Source: Candidatus Dormiibacterota bacterium
GTDB taxonomy: Bacteria; Chloroflexota; Limnocylindria; Limnocylindrales; CSP1-4
Assembly: GCA_035631615.1 (NCBI GenBank)
Contig: DASQIK010000066.1
Coordinates: 15,852-79,851, forward strand
DNA: 64,000 nt
Direction of reading: 5' to 3'
Part shown: positions 19,601-28,178 of the stretch, in pieces
Layout of the letters: each line of letters opens with the position of its first letter
Numbering within the stretch: the stretch's first letter is position 1
Program-made: the position numbers and the translations under genes
The notes under the pieces: model-generated
The model's database searches: none
Seen by the model: only the letters and a program-made list of their open reading frames with translations
What the model was told of the DNA's origin: nothing

Positions 19601-20145
19601 CCGGTGCCGCCGAGCGTGAACGCCGGCCGCACGATCGCGGGCAGCCCGATGTCCGCGAGCGCGGTGTCGGCAGACGTCTTTCGCGCGTCCGCGGTCTCGC
19701 CTTCGACGATCGCGGACGGCGCATACGGCTGCCCGATCCGATCGAGCAGGTCACGGAATGCCTCGCGATCCTCGGCCATCCGGATCGCCTCGAGCGGCGT
19801 GCCCAGCAGCCTGACACCGTAGCGCTCGAGGACGCCCGCCCGGGCGAGGTCCATCGCGAGGTTCAGCGCGGTCTGCCCGCCGAGCCCGGCCAGCAGCCCC
19901 TCCGGCCTCTCGCGGGCGATGACGGCCTCGATGGCCGGGACCGTGAGCGGCTCGAGGTAGACGGCGTCGGCGACGTCCACGTCGGTCATGATCGTGGCGG
20001 GGTTGCTGTTGACCAGGATCGTGCGCACGCCCTCCGCGCGCAGCGCGCGACACGCCTGCGTGCCGGCATAGTCGAACTCGGCCGCCTGGCCGATCACCAC
20101 CGGCCCCGACCCGATGATCAGCACCGACGCCGGCTTGACCGTCAT
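16660..20145 (-). CDS. carB: carbamoyl-phosphate synthase large subunit
   Basis: 1161 aa. N-terminus VLIIGSGPVVIGQAAEFDYAGTQA, duplicated ATP-grasp halves (second LVIGSGPVRIGQGIEFDY), C-terminal MGS-like domain. Confidence 0.95.
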   Translation of the reverse strand: MTVKPASVLIIGSGPVVIGQAAEFDYAGTQACRALRAEGVRTILVNSNPATIMTDVDVADAVYLEPLTVPAIEAVIARERPEGLLAGLGGQTALNLAMDLARAGVLERYGVRLLGTPLEAIRMAEDREAFRDLLDRIGQPYAPSAIVEGETADARKTSADTALADIGLPAIVRPAFTLGGTGGGIVETEEAYRERIRAGLRASPIGQVMVERCLVGWQEIEYEVMRDADDTCIAVCSMENVDPLGVHTGDSIVVAPVQTLPDQVHQRLRSAALAIIRALGVEGGCNVQFALSPDSTEYAVIEVNPRVSRSSALASKATGYPIARVAAQIAIGRRLAEIPNVITGTTVAAFEPALDYVVVKLPRFPFDKFPGADRSLGSQMKATGEVMAIDRTFGAALNKALRGLEQAGAGPLAEDAAWAPTLDYLAAVLAGDPEDDAPIRYFDDAGEACESTRFAQRSAAPIVLRRFVLPSDSRLWRVLALLRRGVPEEAIQVATGIAPWFLAEMGRNVALEAEIRGMGERLVGAGRAGALPDPDAAALLATAKRFGFGDEDIATLASVPARAVRDARLVLGLRPGYAMVDTCAAEFAAETPYFYATYAAAGSAPEAPPVPRPAALVIGSGPVRIGQGIEFDYCAVKAAGTLRDLGWSAVMVNSNPETVSTDFDASTRLYFEPLDEESVESLIGAEGPESLPAMVAYGGQTPLNLAAPLAAAGVELLGSDLEAIDQAEERTRFSALLDRLGIPQPEGGMARSIEEALTLADRIGYPVIVRPSFVIGGLAIDFCYSPEDLVRQLAAATVVDPDRPVRIDRYLEGVEVDVDAVADGDRVLIPGLLEHVERAGVHSGDSVGMFPPQTVSAVDQELIVATMRRVVLALGARGLVNAQFIVREDGIYLIEVNPRASRTVPFMSKVTGVPMVDLAVRIALGDNLANLGWPDGLLAPPQFVAVKAPAFSTAKLKGVDPSVGPFMQSTGEVIGINGDPRVALAKALRGASLLPPRPRLGPDDPRPIALVSIADRDKPLLPRLAAALDTAGYAIAATEGTRATLAALGYASEPVARLASAESEAAGIPDMIGRIESGRVRLVVNTPTPRSGPVRDAAEIRHAAIAEGVLCLTAIETAIAAAEALDPAVVDRISDVRSLAEWVPGPRVDRSSEVGARQHGT

Positions 20146-20257
20146 GCCGGGAGCCCCGCCAGGCAGTCACGGACCTCGTGCCGGCTCCGCGGCCGGTGGA
20201 CGACCGTCGTCGGTGGCAGCTGCGCGATTTCCAGGAAGCTCACCGTGTCCGCCCGGT

Positions 20258-21475
20258 TCACGACGCCGCGCAGGCCGCGACGAATCGGTCGAATACCGCC
20301 AGCGCATCCAGCGGTCCCGGCGCGCCCTCCGGGTGGTACTGGACGGTCTCGATCGGGAGCTCGGCATGGCGCAGGCCCTCGACCGACGCGTCGTTGAGGT
20401 TGACCTGGCTGACCCGGAAGCCGCTGCTCCGTGGCAGCGTCTCGCCAACGACCTGGACCTCGTGGTTCTGCGCGGTCACGTGGACGAACCCGGTGTCGAC
20501 GTCGCGGACGGGGTGATTCGCGCCGTGGTGCCCGAATCGGAGCCGCCGCGTCTCCGCGCCAGCCGCGCGCCCCACGATCTGGTGCCCGAGGCAGATCCCG
20601 AGCAGCGGCCGGCCGTCGTCGATCACGGCCTGCGCCAGCGCGACCGGCCCGGCCAGCCGCGCGGGATCCCCGGGTCCCGGCGAGAGCACCACGCCGGCGA
20701 CGTCGCTCGCGAGCACCTCCGCCGGGCTTGCCGTGTGCGGGAGCACCCGCACGCGCAGCCCGCGCCGCCGCAGGCTGCGCACGATGTTCGCCTTCAACCC
20801 GTAATCCACGATGGCCACGAGCAGGCCACCCTCGCCCATCCCGATCCCGGTGGGCGCCGTCGCCGACACCTGGGCGACGAAGTCCTGGTCCTCCCAGCGC
20901 GGCACGGCCCGCGCCCGCTGGCTCGCGGCCAGCCGGTCCAGCGCGCCCGGCTCCAGGATCGCGCCGCGCAGGCTCCCGTTCGAGCGGAGATGGCGCGCGA
21001 GCGCGCGGGTGTCGACGCCCGCGATCGCCGGGATTCCGTTGTCGCGCAGCAGCCTCGCGAGCTGGCGCGCGTCCTCGAGGACCGCGGCCGTCGCATTCGC
21101 GACGACAAGCCCGCGCAGCCATGGCCGCGTCGACTGGTCGTCGGCGAGGAGCCGGCCGTAGTTGCCGATCAGCGGGTACGTCATGACCACGACCTGGCCG
21201 GCATACGACGGATCGGTGCAGACCTCCTGGTAGCCGGTCTGGCTCGTATTGACGACCAGGTCACCACCGCTGTCCACGGGAGCGCCGAACGCGACGCCGT
21301 CGAAGATCGAGCCATCCTCGAGCGCCAGCAGCGCCGGCCCGAGATCGCCGATTCTCGGATCGACGAGCGCGCTGGCACGCGGTGACGGCGAGGCGCGGAT
21401 TGCGGAAACGGGAAGCTCGACCTGCGCGCTGTCAGCGCGGCGAAGATCGCCGCCGATGGTGCCGGGCACGGCCAT
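20258..21475 (-). CDS. carA: carbamoyl-phosphate synthase small (glutaminase) subunit
   Basis: ALLALEDGSIFDG..., GICLGHQ (catalytic Cys), HHGANHPV, YHPEGAPGP. The N-terminal roughly 40 codons may be an over-extension. Confidence 0.9.
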   Translation of the reverse strand: MAVPGTIGGDLRRADSAQVELPVSAIRASPSPRASALVDPRIGDLGPALLALEDGSIFDGVAFGAPVDSGGDLVVNTSQTGYQEVCTDPSYAGQVVVMTYPLIGNYGRLLADDQSTRPWLRGLVVANATAAVLEDARQLARLLRDNGIPAIAGVDTRALARHLRSNGSLRGAILEPGALDRLAASQRARAVPRWEDQDFVAQVSATAPTGIGMGEGGLLVAIVDYGLKANIVRSLRRRGLRVRVLPHTASPAEVLASDVAGVVLSPGPGDPARLAGPVALAQAVIDDGRPLLGICLGHQIVGRAAGAETRRLRFGHHGANHPVRDVDTGFVHVTAQNHEVQVVGETLPRSSGFRVSQVNLNDASVEGLRHAELPIETVQYHPEGAPGPLDALAVFDRFVAACAAS

Positions 21476-21573
21476 CGGGTCTCCTTTCCGGCCTCACGGA
21501 ACCGGTTCGCCGGCCTCACAGGACCGGCCATCAAGGGTTCGTCAGAGGGTAGCAGGCAGGCTACCGTCGCGGT

Positions 21574-22665
21574 ATGCAGCTGACCCGCGAACGGGCCCGC
21601 CAGATCGCGGTGATGGCCCAGCAGCTCGACGCACGACAGCCGGCGGACATCCTCGAGGTCGTCCGACATCTCGGTTCGATCCAGATCGACCCGATCGCCG
21701 TCGTCGCGAGGACCGAGCACCTCGTCCTGTGGACGCGACTCGGGCGATCGTTCGACCCGGCGGAGCTCACGCGGCTCCTGGACGAGCGCCGATTGTTCGA
21801 GCATCGGGCGTTCATCTACCCGATCGAGGACTACCCTCTTCTCCGCCCGGCGATGGAGGTCTGGCCCGCCGGTCCGGGTGAATGGCGCAAGCGAGCCCGG
21901 ACCTGGCTCGAGGTCAACGCCGCGTTCAGGGACTATGTGCTCGGCGAGCTCGGCGCGCGCGGGCCGCTGCGCTCGCGCGAGCTCGAGGATCGGTCCGTGG
22001 CGGATTGGCAATCGCGCGGCTGGACGCACCAGCGCAACGTGACCCAGCTGCTCGAGTTCCTGTCGGCCAGGGGCCTTGTCGCGATCTCGGGCAGGGACGG
22101 CAACGAGCGGGTGTGGGACCTCGCGGAGCGGGTCCTGCCCGTCGATCTGCCGCGGATCGCGATGGACGAGGCGACCGGGATCCGGGCGCGCAGGCGGCTA
22201 CGGGCCCAGGGCATCGTCCGTGTCGGCTCGTCCGACGACGTCGGCGACAACGGCGTGGACGTCTCGATCGAGGGTGTCCGTGGCCGATGGCGGGCCGAGC
22301 CGGAGCTGCTGGAGCGCACGTTCGAGGGCCGCACCGCGATCCTGTCGCCGTTCGACCGGCTCGTCTACGACCGTGGGGTCACGGAGGCGATCTTCGGGTT
22401 CGACTACAAGCTGGAGATCTACGTCCCGGCCCCGAAGCGACGCTGGGGCTACTACGTCCTGCCGATCCTGTACGGCGACCGGCTGGTCGCGCGCGTCGAC
22501 GCGCGGGCGGACCCAAGGGCCGGAATCCTGCGCGTCGCGACGCTCCATCTCGAACCGGACACAACCGAGGACGACGTTGCGGCCGTGCGCGCGGAAATCG
22601 ACGAGCTCGCCGGATGGCTGGCGTTGGCCTCGGTCGAGGTCGAACGGGTGGTGCCGGCGTTGTAA
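21574..22665 (+). CDS. winged-helix DNA-binding protein of the YcaQ/AlkZ-like (DUF1006) family
   Basis: 363 aa. [35 protein letters not shown] and FEH.AFI..IEDYPL match the pattern I recall for crosslink-repair glycosylase-like proteins. Assignment by eye. Confidence 0.7.
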   Translation: MQLTRERARQIAVMAQQLDARQPADILEVVRHLGSIQIDPIAVVARTEHLVLWTRLGRSFDPAELTRLLDERRLFEHRAFIYPIEDYPLLRPAMEVWPAGPGEWRKRARTWLEVNAAFRDYVLGELGARGPLRSRELEDRSVADWQSRGWTHQRNVTQLLEFLSARGLVAISGRDGNERVWDLAERVLPVDLPRIAMDEATGIRARRRLRAQGIVRVGSSDDVGDNGVDVSIEGVRGRWRAEPELLERTFEGRTAILSPFDRLVYDRGVTEAIFGFDYKLEIYVPAPKRRWGYYVLPILYGDRLVARVDARADPRAGILRVATLHLEPDTTEDDVAAVRAEIDELAGWLALASVEVERVVPAL

Positions 22666-22732
22666 CGACCCTGTACGCCGCACGGCGGGGCGTGCCGACC
22701 AGGGTTCTGGGCGGATCGGCTATCGATGAGGG

Positions 22733-23254
22733 ATGTCCAGGCCGTCTCGCGCCCCCGATGGATCGGTGACCGGGGTCGCATCCGGCAACCTCGGCACCGG
22801 AACCGCCCTCGACGACACGCAGGTCTACGCAGTCGACGCGTTGACCACGGTGCAGCCGGAGCCCGCGCCATCCGCGCCGGCCGTGCCGGCCCTCGCGCCG
22901 GCCGCGCCTGCCACGGCGCCTGCCTCGCCTGCCACGGCGACCGTGCCTGCCATGCCGCCCGCGCCTGCCCGCGCGGCGGCCGAGCGCGTTCGCGGGCGAT
23001 CGGTCACGACCGGCGGCTACCCCGTCGGGATCCTCGCGACAGCCGTGGCGGTGCTGCTCGTCGTGGCCGCGGTGCTCGTGATGCGCGGCGGCGGCCTGGC
23101 CAGTGGCGGCAGGCTCGGATCAGGCGCCGCCGGAGCGCAGTCGTTCCCGCCCATGCCGAGCGTCGGCGCCGTGACCACGGCTGCGCCACTGCCGACATCC
23201 GGCCCCGAGGCCAGGGGCAAGCACCACGGCCACGGCCACGGCGGCGGGGACTGA
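22733..23254 (+). CDS. hypothetical Pro/Ala-rich single-pass membrane protein with His/Gly tail
   Basis: One TM (GILATAVAVLLVVAAVLVM) and C-terminal GKHHGHGHGGGD. Composition is biased, so coding status is moderate. Confidence 0.45.
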   Translation: MSRPSRAPDGSVTGVASGNLGTGTALDDTQVYAVDALTTVQPEPAPSAPAVPALAPAAPATAPASPATATVPAMPPAPARAAAERVRGRSVTTGGYPVGILATAVAVLLVVAAVLVMRGGGLASGGRLGSGAAGAQSFPPMPSVGAVTTAAPLPTSGPEARGKHHGHGHGGGD

Positions 23255-23319
23255 TCGTCACACGCAGTACTTCGGCCGGGCGGCCAGGCGAAATCGGCGC
23301 CTCGACGCGCCACTGATCG

Positions 23320-26034
23320 ATGGCTACGATCGCCGGCATGACCCGGCGCTCGGCCCCGAGCTATCGCGGCCTGCTCGCCGCGGCGGGGGCGCTGGTCGTC
23401 GTCGCCGCGGCGTGGTCGACAGCGCTGCTCATCGCACCCCGGCCATCCACGAGCCCGGCGACGCCCGCCGGCGCGGCTGCCGGCCCGCACATCGCCCCGA
23501 CGCCGGGTTCGTCGGTTCCGTTCGATGTCCGGCAGCTGCCCCAGCTCTCGGCGAAGAGCGGTCACGACCGGGACAAGCTCCGCGAGAAGCATGCCCCGGA
23601 CGCCCATCCTGTCGGCACGGCCGCGTTCGCGCGGATCGGCTCGGGGCTCGGCGGGCCATCGGTCCCCGCGCCACCGACCGATACCTCGTTCGAGGGCCTC
23701 GCCTACAGCGACACATGTGGTCCGTCGCAATGCGGCGACGGGCATCCGCCGGACACCAACGGTGACGTCGGGCCGACGTACTACATCGAGGTCGTCAACA
23801 CCGCGATCGGCATCTTCGACAAGTCGACCGGCAGTCGCGTGGCGGCGTTCACGTTCGACGCGTTCATGAGCCGGGGCAGCTTCGGGAACCTGTGCGACAC
23901 CGACAACTTCGGGGATCCGGTCGTCCTGTACGACACGTTCCAGGACCGCTGGTTCATCACCGATTTCGCGTTCCAGGTCGATCGCTCGGGCAACATCGTC
24001 AACCCGCCCGGTTCGTTCCAGTGCATCGCGGTCTCGAAGTCGGGCGATCCCGTCTCGGGCGGCTGGAACTACTACTCGATCCACCTCACGGACGGCCTTC
24101 AGGACTATCCGAAATTCGGAATCTGGCCGGACGGCATCTACATGTCGGCCAACATGTTCGACTACTCGGCGGCGGGGAGCTACCACAACGTGCGCGTGTG
24201 GGCGCTCGACAAGGCCAGGATGTACGCGGGCCAGGCGGCGTCGGTGATCACGTTCGATGCGCCGGCGACCGTCGTCCAGGGCGGGACCCTGTGCGACGTG
24301 TTCACGCTCCTGCCGAGCGACGCGCGTGCGCAGACAGGGACGCCTCCAGCCGGCCGCCCGAACCTGTTCGCGTCGACCTGGTGCCCGTCCAACGGCGTCC
24401 TGGTCTGGAAGTTCCACGTCGACTGGACGACGCCCGGGAACTCGACGTTCACGGGTCCGACGACGTCCTCGACCGGCTCCTCATGGTCCCCCGGTCCGGA
24501 CCTCGTGCCGGCGAAGAACGGCAATGACGTCGACACCCTCGGCTCGCGGACGATGGCCCAGAACCACTACACCAACCTCAACGGCGTGGAATCGCTCTGG
24601 GACTCGCACACCGTCGCCGGCGCCGACGGCACGCAGGCCGCGGTGCGCTGGTACCAGGTGCCGGTCACCGGCGGCACGGTCGGCAGCGCGCTCCAGGCAT
24701 CGACGTTCAACCCCGACACGGACAATCGGTTCATGCCCAGCGTTGCCGTGGATCGGCTGGGCGACATGGCGATCGGCTACAGCGTCGCCAGCGCCACGCT
24801 GTACCCCTCGATCCGGTACGCAGGCCGCCTTGCCGGCGATGCCGCCAATGCGATCACCCAGACAGAGGCGACGCTCATCGCCGGCACCGGGGCCCAGACC
24901 GGCAGCTGCGGCGGCGGGCCATGCGAGCGCTGGGGCGACTACTCGGCGATGACGCTCGACCCGAACGGATGCTCGTTCTGGTACGCCAACGAGTACTACA
25001 CCGACCTCAGCCTCAACGACCACACCCGGATCGGCTCGTTCCGGTTTGCGGGCTGCACGGACGTCCAGCCGTACTCGCTCGCCCCGGCGGTCGCGAGCGC
25101 CTCGGCCGGGCAGGGCAAGGTCGCGAGCTACACGATCAACATCACCCGCTCGAGCTTCGCGGGAACGATCGCGTTCAGCGCCTCGGGGCTGCCGCCCGGC
25201 GCTAGCGCGACATTCAGTCCGAACCCATCGAGCGGCTCCTCGGCAGCCCTCAGCGTCACGACATCGAACTGCGGCACGGTCACCCCGCGGGGCACGTACG
25301 CGATCACGGTCAAGGGCACGTCGGGCGGGCTGACGCAGTCGACATCCGTCTCGCTGACGGTGACCAACAGTGCTCCGACGCTGTCGACGCCGGTCGCCAC
25401 GCTCTACGGTGGCACGACGCTGGGGTCGACCACCGCCCGAGTGACGACGTCGTGGTCCGCGTGTGACGCGGACGGGATCAAGTCGTACGTCCTGCAGCGC
25501 CAGGTCAATGGCGGCGCGTGGGCAGGTGTCTCGCTCCCGACCGCGACCACGACGGCGATCAACCAGGGGTTGACCTTCGGCACGACCTACCGCTTCCGGG
25601 TCGTGGCGACGGACAAGACCGGAGTCGCGACCTCCTACGTGTACGGCTCCTCGTTCAAGCCGATCGTCAGCGACAACACGAGCACGGCGATCAGGTACGC
25701 GGGCTCCTGGGGCACGGCGACGTCCGGCTCGTACTACGGGGGCCACGCTCGCGACGCATCCGCCGCCGGGGCGTCAGCGACGTTCTGGTTCACTGGGTCG
25801 AGCGTCGCCTGGATCACGTACAAGAGCACGGGCCGCGGCTCGGCCACGATCTACGTCGACGGGGTGCTCCGAGCGACCGTGAGCCTGTACTCGACCACGA
25901 CCACCGCGAAGGCACAGGTCTACGCGTTCAACTGGGCGACCAGCGGCTCACACTCGATCAGGATCGTCGTCGCCGGCACCGCGGGCCATCCGCGCGTCGA
26001 CGTGGACGCGTTCCTGCGGCTTGCCCCGGGCTGA
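23320..26034 (+). CDS. large secreted protein: N-terminal signal/anchor, propeller-like core, C-terminal Ig/FN3-like and sugar-binding-like domains (function unknown)
   Basis: 904 aa. Signal-like LLAAAGALVVVAAAW. Conserved-looking PPDTNGDVGPTYYIEVVN and RWGDYSAMTLDP. Ends with a repetitive beta-rich C-terminus. No catalytic call possible by eye. Confidence 0.8.
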   Translation: MATIAGMTRRSAPSYRGLLAAAGALVVVAAAWSTALLIAPRPSTSPATPAGAAAGPHIAPTPGSSVPFDVRQLPQLSAKSGHDRDKLREKHAPDAHPVGTAAFARIGSGLGGPSVPAPPTDTSFEGLAYSDTCGPSQCGDGHPPDTNGDVGPTYYIEVVNTAIGIFDKSTGSRVAAFTFDAFMSRGSFGNLCDTDNFGDPVVLYDTFQDRWFITDFAFQVDRSGNIVNPPGSFQCIAVSKSGDPVSGGWNYYSIHLTDGLQDYPKFGIWPDGIYMSANMFDYSAAGSYHNVRVWALDKARMYAGQAASVITFDAPATVVQGGTLCDVFTLLPSDARAQTGTPPAGRPNLFASTWCPSNGVLVWKFHVDWTTPGNSTFTGPTTSSTGSSWSPGPDLVPAKNGNDVDTLGSRTMAQNHYTNLNGVESLWDSHTVAGADGTQAAVRWYQVPVTGGTVGSALQASTFNPDTDNRFMPSVAVDRLGDMAIGYSVASATLYPSIRYAGRLAGDAANAITQTEATLIAGTGAQTGSCGGGPCERWGDYSAMTLDPNGCSFWYANEYYTDLSLNDHTRIGSFRFAGCTDVQPYSLAPAVASASAGQGKVASYTINITRSSFAGTIAFSASGLPPGASATFSPNPSSGSSAALSVTTSNCGTVTPRGTYAITVKGTSGGLTQSTSVSLTVTNSAPTLSTPVATLYGGTTLGSTTARVTTSWSACDADGIKSYVLQRQVNGGAWAGVSLPTATTTAINQGLTFGTTYRFRVVATDKTGVATSYVYGSSFKPIVSDNTSTAIRYAGSWGTATSGSYYGGHARDASAAGASATFWFTGSSVAWITYKSTGRGSATIYVDGVLRATVSLYSTTTTAKAQVYAFNWATSGSHSIRIVVAGTAGHPRVDVDAFLRLAPG

Positions 26035-26165
26035 CGCGGCGCTCGGCGAGCCCGCCGCCTAGATGTGATTCACAGCAGCGTTGTTGACAAACGAGCGCCT
26101 CTGGTCGCGCCAGATGGCAAGACGCCGATGGCGGCTTTGGTCAGCAACGTGAGTGGGAATCACAC

Positions 26166-26396
26166 CTAGATCGGCTCGCGGCTGCCGCTCGGGAACGCGC
26201 AGTATTGCCCGATCGACTGCGGGTCGGACAGGATCACGACCTGACCGCCGCGATCAACGCACGCCTGGCGAGCCTTCTGCACGCGCCCGTTGAAGATCGC
26301 GACGCCGAGCACGATCGCGGCGGCGATCACGATCACGGTCAGGATCGCGGAACGGTACGTCGCCCACATCGCGACCGATGGTAGGGCCACGCACAC
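26166..26396 (-). CDS. small hypothetical membrane protein
   Basis: 76 aa with one TM (AILTVIVIAAAIVLGVAIF) and two Cys in the tail. Start may be the internal MWATY. Confidence 0.45.
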   Translation of the reverse strand: MCVALPSVAMWATYRSAILTVIVIAAAIVLGVAIFNGRVQKARQACVDRGGQVVILSDPQSIGQYCAFPSGSREPI

Positions 26397-26432
26397 CGCC
26401 GAACCGCACCCTGGCGGATTCCCTGGCTTCCG

Positions 26433-27773
26433 TCATTGGACGCGGGCTCGGGTCTGGGAGTATTGCCCGCCCTGCCCCGGCCAACGGATCGTCCAAACCG
26501 AAACTGGCTCGACGGGCACCAGGCAGGGATCGACGCCTCCGATGCATGCGCTCCTCGCTGGCCAATCGTGCGTATTCAACGGCCGGATCCAGAAGTCGGC
26601 GACGACACCGACCACAAGGAGCGCCGCGAGGGCCACGGCTGCGGCCCGGCGCCGGTGCGCGATTGCCAGGACCACGACGGCGCCGACGATCAGGCCAGGA
26701 ACGTAGAAGTAGTGCTCTCCGGCCACCGGCCCGAGGAGCGTGTGGTACGTGTTGATCGACCCCTCGAGGACAGCAGCCACCGACGCCACCCATACGTAGC
26801 CAAGCACGAACAGCCACCGGCGCGGCAGGTCTCGAACGGCGAAGACCAGCAATCCTGCGATCACCACGGCGACGACGGCGATGACCGGCGGCGTCGCAAT
26901 CAGCGTCGTGATCCGCGCGCCGAGGATCGGCTCCACGACGGCGCGGACGGCGACCACGCCGGTCGCGTCGTACAGCGTTCCGCCTCCGTGTGGCTCCCGT
27001 GTCGAGGTCAACAGCAAGGTCAGCTGGACCGCTGCCGCGATCGTGGTGATCGACGCCGTGGCGACTCGCCACCGGCTCCGGTTGGCGACTGCGGCGGCGA
27101 CGTGGAGCGGAGCGATGAACAAGCTGGCAAGGCCACTCATTGCGGCGAGTGCCAACGCGCAGAGCTCGATGACGCGGCGCTGACGCGAGCTCGGTTCTGG
27201 CGCGATCGCGGCCGCGATCAGGAACACGTCGAGGAACCACTGCGCATACGTCATCGAACCGATCAGCTCGGCCGTGCCCGGAGCGACGATGACGAGGGCC
27301 GCGAGCGCGAGCCGCGTCCGCTGGTTGGGAATGATCGCGGCGAGGCGGCCGCTCGCGAGATAGCACGCAACGGCGACCGCGATTGCGATCGCCGCGAGGT
27401 TCGCCACGAGTGGCGCGAACTGGATCGGCGGGACGCGCTCGAGAAGCGCGATCAGGCGCGGAACGACGTGCAGATAGCCCTCGTAGGGCCGCAGCACGCC
27501 GTCGAGCGGCGATCCGAAGTAGGTACCAAGGAAGAAGGTCTGCCCGTCCTCGACTCGGAACTCCGGTGTCAAGAGGATCTGCGGCCGGCGCGCCACTAGC
27601 AGCACGGCCCCGGCAATGGCAACCGCGACCAGATTGGCGGGACCCTGCCATCGATCAGTTGCCGTCCGTAGCGCGCTGGCATCGGGAGGTATGGGAGGCG
27701 CCTGCTGCGACATGGACCTCGACGCCTCCAACGAATCCGCCAGATTACGGGCCGCAATCATCGCGCGATGCAA
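26433..27773 (-). CDS. polytopic integral membrane protein (function unknown)
   Basis: 446 aa with 9 or more hydrophobic segments and a C-terminal Cys pair (CIGGVDPC). Likely start is the ATG at 27711-27713 (MSQQAPP). Confidence 0.7.
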   Translation of the reverse strand: MHRAMIAARNLADSLEASRSMSQQAPPIPPDASALRTATDRWQGPANLVAVAIAGAVLLVARRPQILLTPEFRVEDGQTFFLGTYFGSPLDGVLRPYEGYLHVVPRLIALLERVPPIQFAPLVANLAAIAIAVAVACYLASGRLAAIIPNQRTRLALAALVIVAPGTAELIGSMTYAQWFLDVFLIAAAIAPEPSSRQRRVIELCALALAAMSGLASLFIAPLHVAAAVANRSRWRVATASITTIAAAVQLTLLLTSTREPHGGGTLYDATGVVAVRAVVEPILGARITTLIATPPVIAVVAVVIAGLLVFAVRDLPRRWLFVLGYVWVASVAAVLEGSINTYHTLLGPVAGEHYFYVPGLIVGAVVVLAIAHRRRAAAVALAALLVVGVVADFWIRPLNTHDWPARSACIGGVDPCLVPVEPVSVWTIRWPGQGGQYSQTRARVQ

Positions 27774-27971
27774 CTGCCGCAGATGTCAGCCGCGATCGTT
27801 CTCTCGTCCTGCGCTGCCTGGTGGAACGGCTCCGTCGAGGGGGTGGAGGAGGAGCGCCGGTTGTCATGACGCGTCGTCATGCGGTTGGTACGTCCCTTGC
27901 GGCCAGCCGTTATCCGGGGGACCCATGCGCCGCGGCCGAACGGTCGGCGGCTCGGATGGACGAATGGAGGA

Positions 27972-28019
27972 GTGGTGAGCCCGCAGGGACTTGAACCCTG
28001 AACCCGCTGATTAAGAGTC
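27972..28019. repeat. distal att site: 48-bp perfect copy of the 3' part of tRNA-Lys
   Basis: 27972-28019 is 48/48 identical to 41309-41356 by hand alignment. It covers the tRNA from the anticodon stem to CCA plus 1 nt, and no 5' half is present here. Confidence 0.95.
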
Positions 28020-28109
28020 CCGGCAGGGGTGGCCGGGAGTGTCCGGACGAGGAGGCTGTGCGAATGGCGGCCGGTCCCCAGGCCGGGGTTGGACGGGCGC
28101 GACCGCTGG

Positions 28110-28135
28110 CGTTGCTACCAGCCGTTGCTACCAGC
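28110..28135 (+). repeat. tandem 13-bp repeat CGTTGCTACCAGC x2 (putative integrase arm-type site)
   Basis: Read directly. The core GTTGCTACC recurs twice at 41228-41249 in the same orientation, just inside the other island end. Confidence 0.8.
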
Positions 28136-28178
28136 GCTGCCCTAAAGGGCTTGCCTGACATTCTCGGGCGAGGCCTCA

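Noticed and set aside
16213-20397. 1394-aa ORF on the plus strand
   Set aside because: It is entirely antisense to carB/carA, whose products have unmistakable motifs. Its translation is Arg/Asp/Gly/Pro-rich with no motifs. This is a typical stop-poor antisense frame in high-GC DNA.
26433-27773. Host membrane protein as a paralogue of the island membrane protein 31264-32562
   Set aside because: Only the overall topology and a C-terminal Cys pair are shared, and I could not align conserved blocks by eye. It is not claimed as homology.
27972-28019. Possible second tRNA or tRNA pseudogene
   Set aside because: Only the 3' 47 nt of tRNA-Lys are present and the upstream sequence cannot form the acceptor or D arms. 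It is the att duplication produced by integration.
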